Assembly: GCA_963976765.1 (NCBI GenBank)
Contig: CAXBME010000011.1
Span: forward strand, 186,001 to 233,493
DNA: 47,493 nt
Direction: 5' to 3'
Origin: an uncultured Planctomycetaceae bacterium
GTDB lineage: Bacteria > Planctomycetota > Planctomycetia > Planctomycetales > Planctomycetaceae
Under the pieces are notes generated by a model that was given only the letters and a program-made list of their open reading frames with translations, was not told the origin of the DNA and did no database searches. Position numbers and translations under genes: made by a program. Position 1 is the first letter of the stretch, and every line of letters begins with the position of its first letter. Below, one piece after another: positions 1 through 10,348 of this stretch.

Positions 1-237
1 CATTCCTCGATTCAGAACAGCCAGACCGGCGATCATCGGGTAGAAGATTCGGTACAACGGACTGAGCCGACGCAGCTCGTTGATCCGGTTAACGTCGTAG
101 CGCCACTCGTCGCCCTGCTCGGCGTCCTCGGAGTACAACGTGTTTCGAATCGTCCTCGCCAGCACAAACACCGCCGCGAAGGCGAGTGCACACCCTGCGA
201 CACCAAATCCAAGGGTTCCTGGCTGAACTGCAAACAT
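1..237 (-). CDS. N-terminal part of a membrane protein that runs off the window edge; possibly TadC/T2SS F-family
   Basis: Not in the ORF track. My own minus-strand translation from ATG at 237 gives [79 protein letters not shown], open to position 1, with an N-terminal hydrophobic helix. The family guess is weak recall. Confidence 0.55.
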   Translation of the reverse strand, partial: MFAVQPGTLGFGVAGCALAFAAVFVLARTIRNTLYSEDAEQGDEWRYDVNRINELRRLSPLYRIFYPMIAGLAVLNRGM

Positions 238-513
238 GCCTCTCACGCCTTCCTGAAGGATGCGACCTTCGGATCACACACCCAACTAAGTGCATACCCA
301 ACCGAGAATGTGCCCTACCGTCAAACGGAATCTCCGAAGAAGTCTCAACAGTTCGCCCCTTGCCGGGCCGTCCGCCGTTATTTGGTGGCTGAGTTTACGG
401 CGTCGTCGCCACCACATACAGCGCCGAACGATCTTAACCGGCCACGGGAATTGACACTGCGGAGTTGCGGCCTAGAATCGCTCGTTTTTCCCCATTTTTT
501 GAGGGTCGCACTC

Positions 514-1392
514 GTGGACGAACCAACTCGGAAGGCGTGCGTACTGATCGAAGCGCTCGCCTGGATCCGACAATTCAGAGACCGATACATCATCATCAAG
601 CTGGGCGGCAGTGCACTGGAAAATTCAGAAGCCGTCAAGTCGTTCCTGACCGACGTGATTTTCCTTGAGACCGTCGGCATGCGACCGGTCGTGATTCATG
701 GCGGCGGAAAAGAAATCAGCCAGGCGATGGAAGACGCCGGCATCGAACCTCGCTGGGTTCAGGGACGACGCTACACCGATCAAAAGACGCTCGAAATCGC
801 GGCCAACATTCTCGCCCGAGACATCTGCACTCGGTTGATTGACGAAGTCGAGCACCAGGGCGGCAAGGCAGTCGGGCTGAGTTTCGCAACAGGGAAGAAC
901 GTCCTGATCGGTGAGCGGCTTGCGCTGACTTCTGACTCGGGTGAAGAAATCGACCTCGGCCTGGTCGGCCACGTGACGGACATCAATCGCGAATTCCTGG
1001 ACGCAATCACCGGTGCAGGAAAGATCCCGATCATTCCATGCATCGCCGTCGATCGAAACGGGCAGATGCTCAACGTCAACGGCGACACCGCCGCTGCTGC
1101 CGTCGCGCGACTCCTCAAAGCCGAAAAGCTCGTCTTCGTCAGCGACGTGCCCGGACTGTTGCGCGACAAAAACGATCCCGAGTCACTGATTTCGCATATC
1201 AATGTCGCGGAAGCACGATCACTCATCGCCGACGGAACAATCTCCGCCGGCATGATTCCGAAAATCGAAGCCGCTCTGGAAGCTCTCGAAGCCGGCGTCG
1301 GAAAACTTCACATCGTCGACGGTCGACGGCAACATTCACTGCTTCTCGAAATTTACTCCAACATGGGAGTCGGAACGGAAATCGTTGCCTGA
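514..1392 (+). CDS. argB: Acetylglutamate kinase
   Basis: Motifs [24 protein letters not shown] and GMIPKIEAA. Start moved from 310 to the in-frame GTG at 514, which follows GAGGG at 501-505. Confidence 0.95.
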   Translation: MDEPTRKACVLIEALAWIRQFRDRYIIIKLGGSALENSEAVKSFLTDVIFLETVGMRPVVIHGGGKEISQAMEDAGIEPRWVQGRRYTDQKTLEIAANILARDICTRLIDEVEHQGGKAVGLSFATGKNVLIGERLALTSDSGEEIDLGLVGHVTDINREFLDAITGAGKIPIIPCIAVDRNGQMLNVNGDTAAAAVARLLKAEKLVFVSDVPGLLRDKNDPESLISHINVAEARSLIADGTISAGMIPKIEAALEALEAGVGKLHIVDGRRQHSLLLEIYSNMGVGTEIVA

Positions 1393-1489
1393 ACGTTCCG
1401 AACCGCCACACAACACGTACTGTCTGACGGTCCTTCCGCGACAACCTCAAATCTACTCAGCCAGACGTAAGCACGTCTCACTTTGAAAG

Positions 1490-2710
1490 ATGACGACAAT
1501 GGATCCAGCCGCTGCAATGTCCAGTCAGGACAGGATTGCCCAGTTCAACAAGTACGTGATTCCGAACTACACTCGGTACCCGATCAGTCTGGTTCGAGGC
1601 GAAGGGCAACACTGCTGGGACGCCGAAGGAAAACGTTACCTTGATCTGTTCCCCGGCTGGGGCTGCAACATTCTGGGGCACTGCCCGCCGCGAATCACTC
1701 AGGCGATCCGTGAGCAGATCGACAAGCTGGTCCACATCCCCAACACCTGGTACATGGAGCCGCAAGGCGATTTCGCCGAAATGCTCTGCACGAGAAGCTT
1801 TGGCAAAGCCTTCTTCTGCAACAGCGGAGCGGAAGCCAACGAAGGCGCGATCAAGCTCGCACGCCTGCACGGCATGAAAGAGGGTCGCTACAAAATCATC
1901 ACCTTCGAGAAGGGATTTCACGGAAGAACGCTCGCCACGACGGCGGCAACGGCTCAACCAAAATTCCACGACGGCATCGGACCGCTGGTTGCCGGCTTCA
2001 AGTACGCTCCTACTAAAGACCTGGACGCTGTCGCGGCACTCGTCGATCACGAAACCGCCGCGATCATGATCGAGCCCATTCAGGGAGAAGGTGGCGTTCA
2101 GATTCCTGCCGATGGTTACCTCGCCGGATTGCGAAAAATCGCCGACGAAAACAACTGCCTGCTGATCTTTGACGAAGTACAGACCTGCATGGCTCGAACC
2201 GGTACCTGGTTCGGGTATCAACAGTGGGACGTCCAGCCGGACATCTTCACCATGGCTAAAGGCATTGCCGCAGGAGTCGCCTGTGGAGCCGTCATCGCGA
2301 CCGACGAACTTGCTCCAGATCTGCGGCCCGGTATGCACGCTTCGACATTTGGCGGAAACCCACTGGCCATGGTCGCAGGCATCGCCACGATTCAGACCGT
2401 TGAAGAGGAAAACCTGCTCGACAACGTGGCGGTCATGTCCGAAAGATTCCGCAGCCACTTCGCCACGCTGGCAGAAGAGCTCCCTATCATCTCCGAAATC
2501 CGAACGCGAGGCATGATGATCGGCGTCGAACTGACGATCCCGTCAACGCCAGCGGTCGGCAAATGTATGGAAAAAGGTCTTCTCATCAACGCCACTCAGG
2601 GCACGGTGATTCGGCTTCTGCCAGCCGTTAATATTTCCGCCGAGGAAGTGGACGAAGGTTTCGAGATTATCGCCGATGTTCTCCGCGAAATGGCCAGTGA
2701 GGCGAGCTGA
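1490..2710 (+). CDS. argD: Acetylornithine aminotransferase (class III PLP-dependent)
   Basis: Motifs [36 protein letters not shown] and [10 protein letters not shown]; lies between argB and argF. Confidence 0.93.
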   Translation: MTTMDPAAAMSSQDRIAQFNKYVIPNYTRYPISLVRGEGQHCWDAEGKRYLDLFPGWGCNILGHCPPRITQAIREQIDKLVHIPNTWYMEPQGDFAEMLCTRSFGKAFFCNSGAEANEGAIKLARLHGMKEGRYKIITFEKGFHGRTLATTAATAQPKFHDGIGPLVAGFKYAPTKDLDAVAALVDHETAAIMIEPIQGEGGVQIPADGYLAGLRKIADENNCLLIFDEVQTCMARTGTWFGYQQWDVQPDIFTMAKGIAAGVACGAVIATDELAPDLRPGMHASTFGGNPLAMVAGIATIQTVEEENLLDNVAVMSERFRSHFATLAEELPIISEIRTRGMMIGVELTIPSTPAVGKCMEKGLLINATQGTVIRLLPAVNISAEEVDEGFEIIADVLREMASEAS

Positions 2711-2842
2711 CCTGTCCGCTCATCACTACACTGGAATTTGCGAAACACACATCAGCGACAGTCAGGCTCATGACCGGTCGCATTGCCGCTCGGCAGACGG
2801 CGAAATCTAATCTGAAAAATTCAGTAATACAGACATAAGGCC

Positions 2843-3763
<921 letters not shown>

Positions 3764-3800
3764 GGCCCGTCGATCGGCAGCCTGTCAGAGCCTTTGTCTG

Positions 3801-6332
3801 TCAAACAGCCGACTGACGATGCATCGAGCGGGTGGCGTCCCGCAGCAACTCAAACTCGCGCTGAAAGACATGGTCCAGCCAGTCGGCTGACGACCGTCTA
3901 CCCTGCGGATCGTTCTGAACGTAGACCTCTTCGAATTCGTTCCGCAGTTCCCGGACTTCTGGTCTGGTTGTTCCTCGCAGCCGATCAAGTGCCTGCTTCA
4001 CCAGTTCCCGGTCTTCAAGTTCCCCCAGCGCGTGGGCACGGAACAGGTCCGACAGTTCATCAGACGCACCTTCCAGCAACTCTACAGCTTCCCGATGCTG
4101 ACCGGTTCTCAGATAAGCACTGGCAAGAGCGTTTCGGTGGTACGACTTGTCGCGTTCCTGGCGAGATCGTTCCAACCCGATCTTAAACGTGGCTACCGCT
4201 GCCGCCATGTCTTTTCTCTGCAGGTAGACCATGCCTCGAATGTGCCAGCCGATCAACTCCTGATGAGTTTTCGGCGACTCCACAGGCAGCAACTCCAACG
4301 CCTCGTCAAACTTCGAATCCTCAGCCAGCATGACCGCTAGGCCACTTCGACAAACTTCATTCTGAGGAAAACGAGCCACCGTTTCGCGGTAAACAGAGAT
4401 CGCCTCAGAAGACTCGCCGACCTCACGCAACGTCTCGGCAAGGCCGCACTTGCAAACAACATTCTGAGGAAAAAGAGCCACCGTTTCGCGGTAAACGGAG
4501 ATCGCCTCAGAAGTCTCGCCGACCTCACGCAACGTCTCGGCAAGACCGCACCAGCAAACAACATTCTCAGGAAAACGAGCCACCGTTTCGCGGTAAACCT
4601 TGATCGCCTCAGAAGTCTCGCCGACCTGACGCAACGTCTCGGCAAGACCGTTTCGACAAACGGCATCCCGAGGAAAACGAGCCACCGTTTCGCGGTAAAC
4701 AGAGATCGCCTCAGAAGTCTCGCCAACCTCACGCAACGTCTCGGAAAGGCCGTTTCGACAAACTTCATCCCGAGGAAAACGAGCGACCGTTTCGCGGTAC
4801 ACGGAGATCGCCTCAGAAAACTCGCCGACCTCACGCAACGTCTCGGCAAGGCCGCAGCGACAAACGGCATTCTGAGGAAAAAGAGCCACCGTTTCGCGGT
4901 AAACGGAGATCGCCTCAGAAGACTCGCCGACCTCACGCAACGTCTCGGCAAGACCGCACCTGCAAACAACATCCTGAGGAAAACGAGCGATCGTTTCGCG
5001 GTAAACGGAGATCGCCTCAGAAGACTCGCCGACCTCACGCAACGTCTCGGCAAGGCCGTTTCGGCAAACTTCATCCTGAGGAAAACGAATCACCGTTTCG
5101 CGGTAAACAGTGATCGCCTCAGAAGTCTCGCCAACCTCACGCAACGTCTCGGCAAGACCGTTTCGACAAACGGCATCCCGAGGAAAACGAGCCACTGTTT
5201 CGCGGTAAACAGTGATCGCCTCAGAAGTCTCGCCGACCTCACGTAAGGCCTCGGCAAGCTGATTGTGGACCTGCGGATCTTCGGAGTTCACATCAACGGC
5301 CAGGCGGGCAAATTCAAGCCGCAGTTCCGTGCGGCTGCGGACTTTCATCTCGGTAGCGAGTTTGGAGGCGGTTTTGCCGGCCAGCTCGCGGTTGCCCTCA
5401 GCAACCTGCCGTTGGATCAACTGGTCAAGAAATTTTCGTGCGTTCGACAGTTTGTCACCGTCGATCTGAGCCACGATCGACTCGAATTCTTTTTCCCAGC
5501 GCTGAAACCTCTCATGCCCGGTCCCGCCCGCTGAGTCCTCGGCTGCCGGCTTGCGCGATTGCCTGGCTTTTGTCTTACGCAGCTTCTTCGCTGCCTTTTT
5601 GTCAACCGGCTGCTCTTTCAAAACGGGTTCCGGTGTTGCGCTGAGAATTTTAATCCACGACGAAACCACCGGGCCGATGCCGGGCAGTGATTTGATTCCA
5701 GGATGGCCCAACACGTCAAACGTTGCTGAAGACGCCTTTCCTCCGGCAGCAGCTCGGGCGACCTGGTAACACGCTCCGGCGGCGATCAGTCGGTCGAACA
5801 GTTCGGGCTTGTTGAGACTGTTTCCGCCAGTCGGGACAGCGACTTCGTCCCACGCTTCGACGGCGGCCTCAATATGCGGCTGATCGGTCTGAAGTTCGAT
5901 CAGCAGTTTCTGAATAAGCGGCAGCTCGTCGGAAGCGGTCAGGTCGATGGCTCCGGCAAGGTCTCCAGCGTCCGGCATCGGAGCCTGATAAAGTCTCGCG
6001 ACCAGCCAGTTGCGGACAGCTTCGTCGCTCAGACGGTTTTCGACACACTCAGCAGCCAGGACTCGGGTTTCTGAATCTTCTTCCGGGTCGAGCAGGATCA
6101 GCGTCATCCGCAACGCTCGGTCACAGTTCCAATCGAACTGCAATCTCCTGACGGCAGCAGCGCGGTCTTCGACGGGAAACTCAACAACGTCCGTCGCTCC
6201 GGCAAACAGATGCAGCAGGTCCGTGCGATCGCGTGGCGTGTCCACCCCCGGATCGTTGGCCTCGATTGAGTAGATGGATTCCCCGTCGATGAGGACGGCC
6301 AGCCCGGCCTGTCCAGAAACAATTGCCTGCAT
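3801..6332 (-). CDS. Tetratricopeptide repeat protein with an uncharacterised N-terminal region and nine near-identical 34-aa TPRs
   Basis: 843 aa. The repeats fit the TPR register (L7, A8, G15, A20, Y24, P32). Its ATG overlaps the TGA of the upstream gene (TGATG). Confidence 0.9.
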   Translation of the reverse strand: MQAIVSGQAGLAVLIDGESIYSIEANDPGVDTPRDRTDLLHLFAGATDVVEFPVEDRAAAVRRLQFDWNCDRALRMTLILLDPEEDSETRVLAAECVENRLSDEAVRNWLVARLYQAPMPDAGDLAGAIDLTASDELPLIQKLLIELQTDQPHIEAAVEAWDEVAVPTGGNSLNKPELFDRLIAAGACYQVARAAAGGKASSATFDVLGHPGIKSLPGIGPVVSSWIKILSATPEPVLKEQPVDKKAAKKLRKTKARQSRKPAAEDSAGGTGHERFQRWEKEFESIVAQIDGDKLSNARKFLDQLIQRQVAEGNRELAGKTASKLATEMKVRSRTELRLEFARLAVDVNSEDPQVHNQLAEALREVGETSEAITVYRETVARFPRDAVCRNGLAETLREVGETSEAITVYRETVIRFPQDEVCRNGLAETLREVGESSEAISVYRETIARFPQDVVCRCGLAETLREVGESSEAISVYRETVALFPQNAVCRCGLAETLREVGEFSEAISVYRETVARFPRDEVCRNGLSETLREVGETSEAISVYRETVARFPRDAVCRNGLAETLRQVGETSEAIKVYRETVARFPENVVCWCGLAETLREVGETSEAISVYRETVALFPQNVVCKCGLAETLREVGESSEAISVYRETVARFPQNEVCRSGLAVMLAEDSKFDEALELLPVESPKTHQELIGWHIRGMVYLQRKDMAAAVATFKIGLERSRQERDKSYHRNALASAYLRTGQHREAVELLEGASDELSDLFRAHALGELEDRELVKQALDRLRGTTRPEVRELRNEFEEVYVQNDPQGRRSSADWLDHVFQREFELLRDATRSMHRQSAV
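4341..5258 (-). repeat. Intragenic tandem repeat of 9 x 102 bp encoding TPR units
   Basis: The unit LAETLREVGE(T/S)SEAI(S/T)VYRETVARFP(R/Q)(D/N)xVCRxG appears nine times and is near-identical at DNA level (e.g. gatcgcctcagaag...cgcaacgtctcggcaag). Confidence 0.95.
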
Positions 6333-7174
6333 CAGTCTTTCCGCTCGGTAGCACCGGCTTCGTTGAGCTTTTTTGTCAGACTCCGCCAGAAAACCTGCTC
6401 GTCCTTATCCTTCGGCTTTGGAAGGCGATACGACTCAACACACTGCTGAGTCAGTTTACCGTGGATATGAACCTCGACGAAATCGTCCGTTTCAGTTGAT
6501 CCGGTCTGTTTGAGCAGAATATCCGGATAATCGTCAGGGACTGTCGAGACGTCAACGGCGTCTGCCAGCTTGGCCACCGCCAGACGACTGCGGGTTGTCC
6601 AGTTCGACCTGAAACCAGGCTCCGGCCCGCTGGTCGCAGGAACAGAATTCTCGCGAGCAAAGACCAGGGTGTTTTTTTCAAACAGACTGGCCCGCGCGGC
6701 AATTGTTTTCGTTCGAAAGGTCAGGTGACACTTTCCGTAAGATTCCGGGCCGCACCCGTTTAACGACAACGCCGCGAAGTGGATTTCCTTGAGGTAGTGC
6801 GGAAAAAGCATCGCATCCACAGCCTGCCGCTGTTGATCCAGACCGTTGTCCTGAGGTTCGCGGTCGCCGTCGTCAACCTGACGGTAAAACGTTTTGAACA
6901 GCTCGCTGTCCTGGTCGACGATCCGACTGACCGTGTCCCACCGCTTCGCCATGACAGCCTGACTGGAATCAACCGCCCGCTCGAAGTCGGCAAGCTGCGA
7001 CTCGGTCCCCTTCCCGACTGCAACGGCGCGAGCCTCTTCATACCGCTTTTGCAGTGCAGCCAGTTCGCCAGCATCTTCCGCTGCGCGAACGTTGGGAAAT
7101 CCGACGTGCAACTGGCAGACGGAGCACGTCACGATGTGAGCCGGTATTTCGCTTCCGCAATGTGGACACTTCAT
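6332..7174 (-). CDS. Zn-ribbon plus DUF3626-like domain protein, putative ADP-ribosyltransferase fold
   Basis: ATG at 7174 gives MKCPHC...CSVC. Downstream motifs R..VD..LF, IHFAALSL, GPESYGKCHLTF, ARASLFEKNT and FVEVHIHG parallel the DUF3626 motifs as I recall them. Confidence 0.6.
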   Translation of the reverse strand: MKCPHCGSEIPAHIVTCSVCQLHVGFPNVRAAEDAGELAALQKRYEEARAVAVGKGTESQLADFERAVDSSQAVMAKRWDTVSRIVDQDSELFKTFYRQVDDGDREPQDNGLDQQRQAVDAMLFPHYLKEIHFAALSLNGCGPESYGKCHLTFRTKTIAARASLFEKNTLVFARENSVPATSGPEPGFRSNWTTRSRLAVAKLADAVDVSTVPDDYPDILLKQTGSTETDDFVEVHIHGKLTQQCVESYRLPKPKDKDEQVFWRSLTKKLNEAGATERKD

Positions 7175-7529
7175 TTCACGATCGCCCGCTCGCTCGCCCA
7201 AAATTCACACAGCCCGCCACCAGCACGTCCGTTTACGAGAACAGGTGATGCTAATCACTTCTGCCTGAATCAGAAAGCCGCCACGGCAGGGTTAAACTAT
7301 GAACTAACCGCTCGCTCTGATGGACGATGCTGCTGGCGACATACTGGAATTCGCCGTTCAGTAGCGTGCCATTGAACACTTTGTCCATCTACACTTTCTC
7401 CGCAGAGCAGGTTGTCACAGGCAGAACCGTTTATGTAACTCCTGGAACTTCCAGGCCGAATCTCCGCTCGGCGATCGATGGGGTCTCTGAATGAATCGAA
7501 TGCAGAATGACAACGAATGGAGCCCCGAG

Positions 7530-9911
7530 ATGACGTACGAGCCTCAGCCGCGCGACACTTCAGACATTCAGATTTCTCCGGCCCTTCTGGAACTCACGGA
7601 AGAACTCGCCCGAAACACACACGAGGTGTGGGCTGAGCAACGAATTAAAGATGGCTGGACGTGGGGTAAAACTCGTGACGACGACGCCAGACATCACCCG
7701 GATCTTGTCCCGTACGACGAACTCGATGAATCGGCAAAACAGTACGACCGAAACACAGCTCTGGAGACGCTGAAGCTGATCCAGGCATTCGGCTACGTCA
7801 TCACTCCACCGGGAGATGCCCTCTCAACCAGAGGCCACGGCACCTCCCTCTCCGCGTCCGCTCTTCTCCAGAAAATTCAACAGGCCGAATCAGACGCTTC
7901 GAGCGGTGCGGAGACCTCTAAGCCGGAACTCACGACATTGTTGAAAATCTGGGACTCCAGAAACGCCGATTCGTCCGAATGGAACTCCAGCCCCGAAGTC
8001 TATCGACGTCTGGCCAGGCGATTCATCAAACTGGGCGACGCGTCTCGGGGCGTTGAAGTCGCTCGCATTGCTTTGTCACTCAAGCCGACCGGTTCCGATA
8101 AAGACACTCCTGCGAAGTGGCATGACGACGTCCAGCTACGACAGATCCAGGGGCACGCTCTGACCCGATGTGGCCACGTAGACAAAGCGCAGCAGGTTCT
8201 GCTCTCGCTTTACCACGAAGGTGCCCCAGACGAAGAAACGCTCGGACTGCTCGCCAGGACGTACAAAGATCAGGCGTTTGCGCCGACGGTTTCTTCCGAG
8301 GAACAACCGACGATTCTCGCAAGATCTCTGGAATTGTATGAGCAGGCGTACGTTGAATCCGACAGCTTCTGGACCGGCAGCAACGTCGCCACACTGAACC
8401 GGTTGCTCGGAAAGGAATCCGAGTCCAAACGCATCGCCACTGACATTCGAAACAAATGTCTGGAAGAGCTGACCAACCTGCAACGTGCAGGCAAGATCCC
8501 ATCGGATACGCTGTGGCATCTTGCAACGCTCGGTGAGGCCGCTCTGAACCTGGGGAATTTCGAACAAGCGGAGAACTACTACAGCAAGGTTTACAAAGCA
8601 GCTCCTGGAAACTTCGGTGACCTGATCACTGTTCGTCGACATGCTCGCTGGCTTCTCGAATGGTGGCGTGACCACGGTAACGTGCATGCTGTCGAGCCAG
8701 GCGTGCTCGACGAGTGGATCCCTATTTCCAAAGTCGTCGTCTTTTCGGGTCACATGATCGATCGCCCTGACCGTTCCACGCCGCGATTTCCCCCAAAACT
8801 GACTGAGTCAGTGCAAAAAACAATTGAGAAGTGGATCGACGATAACAAAGCATTTATTGGTTATTCCTCTGCAGCCTGTGGTTCGGACCTTCTTTTCCAA
8901 CAGGCCATCCAGAAGCGAGGTGGTGCCTCGCACATCGTGCTGCCCTACGACCGAAAACAGTTCAGGAAAGACAGTGTCGAGTTTGCCGGAGACGAATGGT
9001 CGACTCTGTTCGATGAGGTTCTGAAGAACGCCACCCAGGTGACCATCGCGTCGCCACAAAGAACACAGGGAGACGGTATCAGCTACGACTATGCGAATCA
9101 GGTCGTACACGGTCTGGCAACGATTCGCGCCCGGGAATTACGCAGTAACAACGGGCAACCACTCGGACTGGTCGTCTGGAATAATCAACCTGGCGACGGC
9201 CCCGGAGGCACGGCGAGCATCGTGAACAGATGGAGATGCCAGGAAATGCGTGTCAACCAGATTGATCTTTCAGCATCGCCTGGCAGCGACGATGGTCTGC
9301 TCCCAATTATTCATGAGCCAGGTGCGCCAGAGATTGTCTGCCCAGCAACAAAGGTTAGCGACGACAGCACCCAGGTCCGAGCAATGCTGTTCGGAGACGC
9401 TGTCAATTTCAGCAAGCTGGACGAAACTCAAGTCGTCGCCTTCATGGACCACTTCATGACGCCCATCGCCGGCATACTCAAAAAATATGCCGAATCGAAC
9501 ATCGTCAGAAACACGTGGGGCGATGGACTGTACCTTGTCTTTAAACAGGTTAAGGACGCCGGAAACTGCGCACTCGATATCTGCCACTACATTGAGGAAC
9601 AGATACCAGACGGCTGGGATGCACACGGACTTCCGGAAGACTTGAACATTCGGATTGCTTTACACACCGGCCCGGTACTGGGCTGCGACGACCCGATCAC
9701 TGAACGCTTCAACTGCACCGGCACCCACGTCAGCAGAGCCGCGCGCCTTGAACCCAAAACACCTCCTGGGCAGGTCTACGCCAGCCAGGCGTTCGCCGCA
9801 ATGTGTGCCGAAGACGAAGTCATGGACTTCCACTGTGAATATGTCGAACAACTCAACTGGGCCAAGAGCTACGGCTCCTTCCCGACATTCGTCCTGAGAC
9901 GTGCCGAATAG
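7530..9911 (+). CDS. Multidomain protein: RyR domain, TPR-S/MAP3K TRAF-binding-like domain, SLOG-like domain and class III nucleotide cyclase
   Basis: RyR: LARNTHEVWAEQRIKDGWTWG...HPDLVPYDEL. TPR-S: DEETLGLLARTYKD, FWTGSNVATL, WHLATLGEA. SLOG: FSGHMID, SAACGSDLLF, HIVLPY. Cyclase: LFGDAVNFSKL, NTWGDG, RIALHTGPV, VSRAARLE. ATG 7530 follows GGAG (the ORF track starts at 7491). Confidence 0.85.
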   Translation: MTYEPQPRDTSDIQISPALLELTEELARNTHEVWAEQRIKDGWTWGKTRDDDARHHPDLVPYDELDESAKQYDRNTALETLKLIQAFGYVITPPGDALSTRGHGTSLSASALLQKIQQAESDASSGAETSKPELTTLLKIWDSRNADSSEWNSSPEVYRRLARRFIKLGDASRGVEVARIALSLKPTGSDKDTPAKWHDDVQLRQIQGHALTRCGHVDKAQQVLLSLYHEGAPDEETLGLLARTYKDQAFAPTVSSEEQPTILARSLELYEQAYVESDSFWTGSNVATLNRLLGKESESKRIATDIRNKCLEELTNLQRAGKIPSDTLWHLATLGEAALNLGNFEQAENYYSKVYKAAPGNFGDLITVRRHARWLLEWWRDHGNVHAVEPGVLDEWIPISKVVVFSGHMIDRPDRSTPRFPPKLTESVQKTIEKWIDDNKAFIGYSSAACGSDLLFQQAIQKRGGASHIVLPYDRKQFRKDSVEFAGDEWSTLFDEVLKNATQVTIASPQRTQGDGISYDYANQVVHGLATIRARELRSNNGQPLGLVVWNNQPGDGPGGTASIVNRWRCQEMRVNQIDLSASPGSDDGLLPIIHEPGAPEIVCPATKVSDDSTQVRAMLFGDAVNFSKLDETQVVAFMDHFMTPIAGILKKYAESNIVRNTWGDGLYLVFKQVKDAGNCALDICHYIEEQIPDGWDAHGLPEDLNIRIALHTGPVLGCDDPITERFNCTGTHVSRAARLEPKTPPGQVYASQAFAAMCAEDEVMDFHCEYVEQLNWAKSYGSFPTFVLRRAE

Positions 9912-9945
9912 CGGTCCAGCATTGCCGAATACTCGACACGACGTG

Positions 9946-10317
9946 TCAGTGATGGTGTCCGACGACGCGACCAGTTGTTGGGTTCAGCCGGTAGGCCCTT
10001 CCGTCGACAGGGCAGACAGGTATCTCCGCTCCGTAATATTCGTCGGCCTGCAACTGGTTCACGACCTTTGGTGTTTTGCCGTTCGCCAGGAAAAATTTCT
10101 CGGCGGCGACAATAAGCTGGGCCGTGTATTCAAGGCAGACTCTGGCTTTCGCGTTGCTGCCGGATTTGCCGATTCGTGGCAGAACCACCGACGCAATCAC
10201 ACCGATAATCGTCACCACAAGCAGTAATTCCAGCAATGAAAAGCCGCGACGCAAAGACCTTGAATCTGGTCTCCCGCGCTGGTCTCTGGCAATCAACATC
10301 GAGTCGCCTGCGTTCAT
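9946..10317 (-). CDS. Short type IV pilin-like protein with a class III signal peptide
   Basis: RRG|FSLLELLLVVTIIGVIASVVLP, with a Cys pair (VCLEY...CPVDG). Confidence 0.88.
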   Translation of the reverse strand: MNAGDSMLIARDQRGRPDSRSLRRGFSLLELLLVVTIIGVIASVVLPRIGKSGSNAKARVCLEYTAQLIVAAEKFFLANGKTPKVVNQLQADEYYGAEIPVCPVDGRAYRLNPTTGRVVGHHH

Positions 10318-10348
10318 GATTTCGGTGGTCAGCCAGTTTCCGCAACAA

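Noticed and set aside
310..513. N-terminal extensions in the ORF track for argB, and likewise at 27460, 31714, 41008 and 14794
   Set aside because: Downstream in-frame starts with an RBS and/or signal peptide fit the protein families better.
1478..2458. 326-aa antisense ORF over argD, and many similar antisense ORFs elsewhere
   Set aside because: These fully overlap well-supported genes, lack recognisable motifs and are typical of GC-rich codon bias.
2812..2824. Palindrome CTGAAAAATTCAG upstream of argF as a possible ARG box
   Set aside because: The half-site spacing is shorter than the TGAAT-N4-ATTCA ArgR consensus and there is no tandem second box.
4337..5074. 245-aa alternative-frame repetitive ORF
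   Set aside because: It is a shadow of the TPR repeat: a unit length divisible by three keeps other frames open.
4341..5258. Regular repeats that might be a CRISPR array or TALE-like repeats
   Set aside because: The units are contiguous 102-bp in-frame coding repeats with no unique spacers and no cas genes nearby. The sequence fits the TPR consensus, not the TALE LTPxQVVAIAS consensus.
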